A program made the translations under genes and the position numbers. A stretch of 64,000 nucleotides of DNA from NCBI GenBank assembly GCA_963796275.1, contig CAWCKY010000002.1, forward strand, positions 192,001 to 256,000, given 5' to 3'. Below the pieces are notes generated by a model that did no database searches, had not been told where the DNA came from, and was given only the letters and a program-made list of their open reading frames with translations. The stretch comes from an uncultured Acidobacteriota bacterium. Lineage in GTDB: Bacteria; Acidobacteriota; Blastocatellia; RBC074. Shown piece after piece: positions 57,634 through 64,000 of this stretch (the first letter of the stretch is position 1; every line of letters starts with the position of its first letter).

Positions 57634-58831
57634 GTACTTTGGCAACTAAGTCTTCAGATATCTTGAATTATCGGGCAAAACGTTCTGATAATGACGATTC
57701 AATTTGTTTCTCGCAGACTCGATCGAAAATTGCCAGTTGATTTTGATCTTCTTTTCGTTACGTTCTTTGATAATCGCCGAGACATCTCTCTCCAGTTGCT
57801 TAATAGTCGGGATGCGCCGGTTTAAACACTGACGCGCCACCGCCGAGAATTCACACTCGATCATGTTGAGCCAACTGGCAGACTTGGGCGTATAGTGAAA
57901 CTCGAAACGTTGCGCCAGCGCAAAGGCCTCCGCCGCCGGCAAGTTTTGATAGAAGGAACCGGCGTGGTGGGTGTTTAAATTGTCCAGCACGAGTCGAATC
58001 TTTTTGGCCTCCGGATATGCTGCTGCCAGTCTCTGAGCGAACTGCGTGAACTCTTTCTTAGTACGTTGCCAAGAGACCTGCGCGAGTCTTTGCCCGGTCA
58101 GTGGTTCGATGGCAGCTAGCACTGCACACGATCCGTTCTTCTGATAAGCGTAATGCTCTTTGCGGACTTGGCCGCTTTGCATCGCCAGCGGTTCAACCTC
58201 CTCCCCGATCAAGAAGCACGGGCGCTCGTCGAAGCAGACCACCGGGTAGTTTGGATCATAGGCCAGCGCATACAACCGGAGAATCTCCTCCATTTGCGCG
58301 AGAAACTTCGCGTCGATCTTACCAAGACACCAAGTCTTGTTGAGGTGCGGTTTCAGTTCGTTTTTTTCAGGATGTTGCCAATATGGGTCTTGGATATCTC
58401 TTCGCAATAACCCATCTCGACCACCTTATCGGCCAACAACCGCAAAGTCCAACGCACATGCCCTTCGGGCGCTTCGCTGCAGGCCAAGGCTGTGATCTTC
58501 GCTCGCAACTTGCCGTCGATCTCCGGCGGACGTCCCGACCGCGGGGCATCTTCCAGGCACTTGAGGCCTTGCTCTTTGTACTTATCACGCCAGGCCATGA
58601 CCGTCACTCGGCTGACGCCGAGGGTTTCGGCTACCGCTTCGAGTGTCTTGCCGCGATCAAGTTCGAGCAAGCCCGTGGCTCGCTTGAAAGTTTTGGCCGG
58701 TAATTTCCCCTTGGAGATCAGGGACTCCAGATAGTCCCGGTCTTTTGCTTTTAATTTGACGTGCCGTTTTTTCATTTCCCATGCTCTGGGAATGGTGATC
58801 CGCGTGTCAAATCACATAGTTGCCAAAGTAC
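57634..58831 (-). mobile_element. IS630-family insertion sequence, apparently intact
   Basis: Perfect 15-bp TIRs GTACTTTGGCAACTA (57634-57648 and 58817-58831), flanked by TAA on both sides; two-ORF transposase. Confidence 0.93.
57646..58775 (-). CDS. IS630 transposase (ORFA 58353-58775 + ORFB), joined by a -1 frameshift at A7
   Basis: HTH: DAPRSGRP, RWTLRLLA. DDE: CFDERP, VLDNLNTH, YTPKSASWLNMIE. Slippery A7 at 58361-58367 gives ..LKKNELKPH. Confidence 0.92.
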
Positions 58832-59196
58832 TAAGGGCTTTAAGAATAATCACTGATTCGACTTTTTAAGAAGCGCCCGGCTTCGGTTGAATGCCCCCCC
58901 TCGTGCGATGCACTCCCTCATCATTTCAGCAGACGCTCCCACTTCGACGCTTATCCTTAATTGCCGTGAAAAACGTTGGATACTACATGTCGCTCTTAAA
59001 AAGCGAAGGCTCAGGGGTTACTTCGCCTTCGGCTCTGCCCTGGGCTAGAGTCTCCCGCCCGTTTCGATGCCGATTTGTTTTGTGAAAAGCTGGTTATCTG
59101 AAGATCAATGCGTAAGATAAAGTAATTATTTCTTAATAGCTAATCGTTATAGTCTTGATTGATACCTTTGGATTAACCGCACCATCTCGTTGAGTT

Positions 59197-59243
59197 AGTT
59201 TACTACACCAAAGATAAATAGAAGATAAATAGAGTGTAAATAG
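59197..59243 (-). promoter_or_regulatory. Three 11-bp-spaced TTTAYMYT repeats plus -10 TAAACT (Pho-box-like), no intact target gene
   Basis: Plus strand AAGATAAA 59211, AAGATAAA 59222, AGTGTAAA 59233; -10 at 59197-59202. Confidence 0.5.
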
Positions 59244-59245
59244 AA

Positions 59246-59716
59246 CCCAACGATCCCACCCGAATCGTGCAGACTGGCAGCCAGCGAAGCAATGGGTTTG
59301 AAATCGGTTTGAGTGGAAGCGTCACCCGAGCCTGGAGAATTGCCGGTGGGTATGCTTATCAAGACGCCTTTGTGACTAGCGACACCGCAGCCGCAAGGGC
59401 TGGGTTGCAAGTCGGTCAGGTGCCGCATAACAACTTCTCCTTATGGAACAGCTATCAGGTCCTCCCGAGATTGGGAGCCGGCCTGGGCATCATCCATCGA
59501 TCCGAGATGTTCGCGACGATCGACAATACGGTGACGTTGCCTGGTTACACCAGGGCTGATGCTGCGGTCTTCTTCACTATCACCGAGCGATTGCGTCTTC
59601 AGGCTAACGTGGAGAACCTGACTAACAAGCGGTACTACATCAATGCGGACAGCAACACTAACATCACGCCGGGAGCTTCTCGCGGTGTGCGGGTTGGGTT
59701 GGTCGCCAGATTTTAA
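59246..59716 (+). pseudogene. C-terminal fragment of a TonB-dependent (siderophore-type) receptor
   Basis: TGSQRSNGFE, LPGYTRADAAVF, LQANVENLTNKRYY, PGASR and terminal Phe; the 5' part is absent. Confidence 0.8.
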
Positions 59717-60053
59717 GACACTGCAAAGCACGCAGCGCGTAGGTAGCATCGAGGCACTCCAATGAAACTGTTACTCACGCCTGAAATATCGGTGCCATTT
59801 ACGCGCTGCTTGAAACCAGGAGCGCCAAGTAGACTTCTCGAGTTCTAATGCATGCTGTTTCTCCCATTGATATAGCAAGCAAGAAAACAAGGGGTTTGGC
59901 GGGCAATTCTGAAGGAGGGGATGTTGATTACAACGTTGACAGTCTCTTAATCGGAGCACCGAATCAAACAAATAAATAACTCTCTATTCTTAGAAAGTTT
60001 GGCGTGAGTTGATGACGGTGTTGTTATCCCAGTTGAGGCTTACCGAGCGGGGA

Positions 60054-60539
60054 TCAGAAATAACTGATCTCGTTCTTAGCTTTCGCAACTAGCTCCCATA
60101 TCTCTTCTTTCCATGCCTCAGGTTCGTTGATGTCCCAGAGAACGAATTTGATTAGGCTATCTGTGTGGATCGTGAGGTTTCCAATATTGAATAGGCGCTG
60201 TAGCCTTCCTTGTGTGACGCTGATCGATATGACTGCATTGAGTTGGATACAATCATCGAATTCGGTGATTAGTCCCCAGCGGGCCCGGGCATCGTGTTCC
60301 GTGATCGTGTAAGTCGTGCTCTTCAGCCAGAGGTGAATTCCGATGACGATGGCAAGTATAAGCAAGCCCATGATCAACCCCGAAATACCGGCATTTTTGT
60401 CGAGGTGGATTTTCAGTGGGTTGGTGATCTCAATAATTGTAGCCACAATAAACAAAGCGATGATGAAGAGTGCAAAGCCATAGTGAACGGCCATAGTCAG
60501 AGTGCTTGGCTTGAGAATTATCGACCTTGTTTCCTGCAT
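60054..60539 (-). CDS. Membrane protein with bacterial PH (bPH_2) domain
   Basis: Two TM helices, then YTIT..WGLI..I.L..V.SISV.QG.LQRLFNIGNL.I.T. Confidence 0.75.
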   Translation of the reverse strand: MQETRSIILKPSTLTMAVHYGFALFIIALFIVATIIEITNPLKIHLDKNAGISGLIMGLLILAIVIGIHLWLKSTTYTITEHDARARWGLITEFDDCIQLNAVISISVTQGRLQRLFNIGNLTIHTDSLIKFVLWDINEPEAWKEEIWELVAKAKNEISYF

Positions 60540-60541
60540 TT

Positions 60542-60766
60542 CTACCTCATCACGTTGGCCAAGTAGTTTTGAGCATTGTCTCCGATTCCGGCATCACCGA
60601 AGGCGATGAACCGGACTGAGTTGTCCGATGTCGGTGTTTCAGTCAGAGGGAAAAAGCCGTTGCCGGCTTGTAACCTGTTCTCAGGCGTCTTGGCTGTGAC
60701 TCCCGTTGCGACTAAGACGTTCGCCGCGACTGCTGGTAAGAGTGCTAGGAAAGCCCTGCGGTTCAT
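60542..60766 (-). pseudogene. Truncated Tat-exported metallophosphoesterase (acid-phosphatase-like) N-terminus
   Basis: MNRRAFLAL Tat leader; VRFIAFGDAGIGD..Q..LA..M is the first calcineurin-like motif, followed by a stop. Confidence 0.65.
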
Positions 60767-60829
60767 TTATCCTGTCTCCAGTATCAGGTCTCCAGTGGGA
60801 AGAGGTTGTTAAGGGGGAAAGATAGACAT

Positions 60830-60862
60830 AGGCTACCAGACGGAAGATAAACAGAAGATAAA
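60830..60862 (-). promoter_or_regulatory. Two 11-bp-spaced TTTATCTT repeats plus extended -10 TGgTAGCCT (Pho-box-like)
   Basis: Plus strand AAGATAAA at 60844 and 60855; -10 at 60830-60835; same spacing as the 59197 copy. Confidence 0.55.
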
Positions 60863-60896
60863 TAGACAAACTGCGCGGTACCAATACGCTCGTTAT

Positions 60897-63800
60897 CTAG
60901 TCGAGATTCTTCGAGAGGGACTGCTTGCGGGCAATGCCGAAACGCAGATAGAGGGCCGGCATGAGGAGCAGGTTGAGCAAGGTGGAAGTTATCAATCCAC
61001 CTAGGATGACGACCGCCAGCGGATATTCGATCTCGTGCCCTGGCTTGTTGCCGCCGATGACGATGGGCAGCAGTGCGAGTCCAGTGGCAAGCGCCGTCAT
61101 CAAAATCGGGGCCAGGCGCTCTTCAGAGCCACGTAACACCAGCTCTTTTCCGAACGGATGGCCTTCTTCGGTTTCGAGGTGGCGATAATGGCTGACCAGC
61201 ATAATGCCATTGCGCGCTGCGATGCCGAGCACTGTGACGAAGCCGACGAGCGAGCCGAGTGAAAGGACGCCGCCTGCCAACACCGTGGCCGCGACTCCGC
61301 CAATCAGAGCAAACGGCAGGCTCACGAATATCAGTAGAACCACCCGTAGCGAGCGGAAGTCAGTATGTAGCAGGAGCAGGATGCCGAGCAGCGCCAGGGC
61401 CGAGAGTGCCAGCAAACGGTTCTTCGACTCCTGACGCGCCGCGTATTCGCCTAGGATTTCGGGATGATAACCGTGATCGAACGACAGCGTCTTGACCTTG
61501 TCTTCGATTGCGCGCGCCACGCTTCCCAGGTCGCGTCCCTTGGTATCGCAGGTCACATCGATGCGGCGCGACGCTCCTTCACGCTGAATCACATTGGGAG
61601 CCGGCGCAATCTGAATATCGGCCACGTCGCCGAGCGGTGCATCGCCGCCCGCCGGTAGGCTGATCCGCAACCTGCGCAATGCCTCCAGGTCGGTGCGCGT
61701 GTGCAGCGCGCCCCATACGACCACATCGTTTATTTGCTGTGCCTGGTATAACTCGCCGACCTTCGCTCCCTTGATGAGCGTCGTGGCAGCGCGGCGCACA
61801 TCGCCCGGCGTCAAGCCGAACCGCGATGCGGCGTCGGGTCGTAACCGGACTTCGATCTGCGGCACCGAGACCTGCTGCTCGACTTTAAGATTGGTCACTC
61901 CCGGTATCTCGCTAATCTCTTTGCTGACTTCGGACGCTTTAGACCGCAACCCTTCCAAATCGGGACCGTAAATTCTTACAACAATTGAGGCGCCCGCGCC
62001 GGTCAGCACCTCCTTGATGCGTTCTTTCAAATAAGTCAGCAGATCGCGCACAAGCCCCGGGTAGCCGTCCACAACTTCCTGAATCTTTGCCACCGTCGGC
62101 TCATAAGGGGCGTCGGGGTCGATGCTTATCCAGAGTTCGGTGAAGTTCGGGCCGACCACTTCGTCAGCGACTTCGGCGCGGCCGATGTGGGAGCCGAAAT
62201 TGCGCACGCCTGGGATGGCGCGCAGTTCCTTGCTCGCGCGTATGGTGATGCGGTTCATCGCCTCAAGCGACGTGCCGGGTTTTTCGACCCAATGCATCAG
62301 GAAGTCGGTCTCTTTGAAGTTCGGCAGGAACTCTTCGCCGAGAAACGGGACAGTCGCCGCCGTCAGGCCGAACAAGACGAGCATCGACGCGACGGCCGTC
62401 CTGTGTTTGTTGACGAACGCGAACAACAGGCGGCCGTAGTGGCGTTTGAGGAAGCGCGTGAGCGCGGGCTCAGGGCGCTCGCGGTTCGCCGCGCTCGGCA
62501 GCAGCAACAATGACATCGCCGGGGTGAGGGTCAGGGCGACGCCCAACGAAGCCAGGACGGCCAGCACGTACGATATGGCCAGGGGGCGGAAGAACGAACC
62601 CGACAAACCATCGAGGAAGAAGATCGGTAGGAAGACCAGGACTACGATCAGCGTGGCGAAGACGATGGCGCTCCGTACTTCGAGCGAGGCTTTGAGTACG
62701 ACCGAGAAGGCGGATTCAGGAGCGCCGGCTTCGCGGTTGAGCTTCAGCCGTCGCATGATGTTCTCGACGTCTATGATGGCATCGTCGACCACTTCGCCGA
62801 GCGCGATCACCAGCCCTGCGATCACCATCGTGTTGATAGAATAGCCGCGCCAGTAAAGTACCAGCGCCGCCGCGAGCAGCGAGAGCGGGATTGCCGACAG
62901 ACTGATGATCGCCGCCCTCCACTCGAAGAGGAACGCGACCAGCACTGCGATCACCAGCAGACAGCCGATGAACAGGGCGGTCCGCAGATTCTTCAGTGCC
63001 AGTTCGATGAAGGTCGCGGGGCGGAAGATGGTTGAATCGATCTCGACGTCCCTGAGGGCGGGTTTGAGCGCGCTGAGCGCGGCCTCGACCTCGCGCGTCA
63101 CGTCGAGCGTGTTGCCCTCCGGCTGCTTCTCGATGATCAGAAGGATGCCCGGTCCGTCGTTGATGATCGCGTCTCCGATGGGCGGCGGGAAGCCTTCGAC
63201 CACCTCGGCGACGGTGCTCAGTTGCAGCGGCGCGCCGTTGCGAAAGGCGACGGGGACGCGCGCCAGATCAAGGGGCCGCGTGATAGCGGCCATGTGCGCT
63301 ACAGGCAGGCGCTGATTGGGCGTGTCCACGAAGCCGCCCGCTACCACGGCGACGGCGTCGCGCGTAGAACGTTCGACATCTGCGAGCGTGACGTTGTGCG
63401 CGCGCAGGCGGTCGGGATCGACCAAAACCTGCAACTGGCGGTCGCGCTGTCCCCAGATCGCCACGTTCGCCACCCCGGGGACCGCCATCAGGCGCGGGCG
63501 AATGGTCCAGCGCGCCAGTGCGGAGAGGTCCATCTGCGAGAGATTCTTTGATGACATGCCGATCTTCAGGACGCGGCTGGTGGACGAAAGCGGCTGCAAA
63601 ATCACCGGGGGTCGAGCCGCTGCGGGCAGTTGCGTTGCAATCAGCGACAACCTCTCCTGTACACGCTGCCGCGCAGGCATCAAATCTGTATTCTGCTGGA
63701 AGATCAAAACGACCGACGAAAGGCCGAGTACGGACTTCGAGCGAAGCGTCTTAAGTTCCGCCGTGCCATTCAACGCGTTTTCGATTGGTACAGTGATTAG

Positions 63801-63986
63801 GCTTTCGACCTCGGTCGTGGAGAGGCCGGGAGCCTCGGTCTGAATTTCGACCAGCGGCGGAGCGAATTCCGGGAAGACGTCGAGCGGCGCTGTGCGCACT
63901 ACGCGCAATCCTGCGATCATCAGCAGTATTGCGATGGCGATGACAATGACGCGCAGTTGCAAAGAGGTTGAGACGAGCCAATTCAT
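60897..63986 (-). CDS. CusA/CzcA-family RND efflux permease
   Basis: [41 protein letters not shown] and [11 protein letters not shown]; 1029 aa. Confidence 0.93.
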   Translation of the reverse strand: MNWLVSTSLQLRVIVIAIAILLMIAGLRVVRTAPLDVFPEFAPPLVEIQTEAPGLSTTEVESLITVPIENALNGTAELKTLRSKSVLGLSSVVLIFQQNTDLMPARQRVQERLSLIATQLPAAARPPVILQPLSSTSRVLKIGMSSKNLSQMDLSALARWTIRPRLMAVPGVANVAIWGQRDRQLQVLVDPDRLRAHNVTLADVERSTRDAVAVVAGGFVDTPNQRLPVAHMAAITRPLDLARVPVAFRNGAPLQLSTVAEVVEGFPPPIGDAIINDGPGILLIIEKQPEGNTLDVTREVEAALSALKPALRDVEIDSTIFRPATFIELALKNLRTALFIGCLLVIAVLVAFLFEWRAAIISLSAIPLSLLAAALVLYWRGYSINTMVIAGLVIALGEVVDDAIIDVENIMRRLKLNREAGAPESAFSVVLKASLEVRSAIVFATLIVVLVFLPIFFLDGLSGSFFRPLAISYVLAVLASLGVALTLTPAMSLLLLPSAANRERPEPALTRFLKRHYGRLLFAFVNKHRTAVASMLVLFGLTAATVPFLGEEFLPNFKETDFLMHWVEKPGTSLEAMNRITIRASKELRAIPGVRNFGSHIGRAEVADEVVGPNFTELWISIDPDAPYEPTVAKIQEVVDGYPGLVRDLLTYLKERIKEVLTGAGASIVVRIYGPDLEGLRSKASEVSKEISEIPGVTNLKVEQQVSVPQIEVRLRPDAASRFGLTPGDVRRAATTLIKGAKVGELYQAQQINDVVVWGALHTRTDLEALRRLRISLPAGGDAPLGDVADIQIAPAPNVIQREGASRRIDVTCDTKGRDLGSVARAIEDKVKTLSFDHGYHPEILGEYAARQESKNRLLALSALALLGILLLLHTDFRSLRVVLLIFVSLPFALIGGVAATVLAGGVLSLGSLVGFVTVLGIAARNGIMLVSHYRHLETEEGHPFGKELVLRGSEERLAPILMTALATGLALLPIVIGGNKPGHEIEYPLAVVILGGLITSTLLNLLLMPALYLRFGIARKQSLSKNLD

Positions 63987-64000
63987 TCAGAATTATTTCC

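Noticed and set aside
58990-59070. REP-like palindromic remnant (..CCCTGGGCTAGAGTCTCCCGCCCG..)
   Set aside because: Single degenerate copy in the window; cannot be supported without genome context.

Overview
The window looks like Acidobacteriota DNA (possibly Blastocatellia). This is inferred from two PadR + ADOP-permease pairs, paired carboxypeptidase-regulatory-domain proteins and an Acidobacteria-type ACIII operon. The first 29 kb is a respiratory island. An E. coli-type complex I operon (nuoA,B,CD,E-M; minus strand, running off the window) diverges from a truncated KdpD/KdpE-like two-component pair. That pair is followed by an alternative complex III operon (actABCDEFG) and an A2-type caa3 oxidase whose subunit II is fused in frame to a SCO chaperone. 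The main hunt result is a shared cis-element: arrays of TTTATGR-like half-sites with exact 11-bp spacing. Three arrays are followed at an identical distance by an extended -10 (TGnTAnnnT) and sit upstream of nuoA, of the sensor kinase and of actA. A fourth array points antisense into the regulator. This suggests a Kdp-derived two-component system, with no kdpFABC in the window, co-activating an NADH-to-O2 chain. The remainder is a mosaic accessory region: a cytochrome P460/c'-beta-YHS fusion, a secreted KatG, a decayed DDE transposon, ArsR-SRPBCC, an ECF41 sigma/CMD module with face-to-face promoters, a Fur-family gene with a boxed promoter and leader hairpin, a GC-rich CBM32-CBM32-FN3-GH55 gene, DUF3500, a NYN protein, an intact IS630, Pho-box-like repeats before decayed genes, and a CusA/CzcA RND permease. 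Three isolated frameshifts (actC, ~35600, second PadR) may be sequencing errors.
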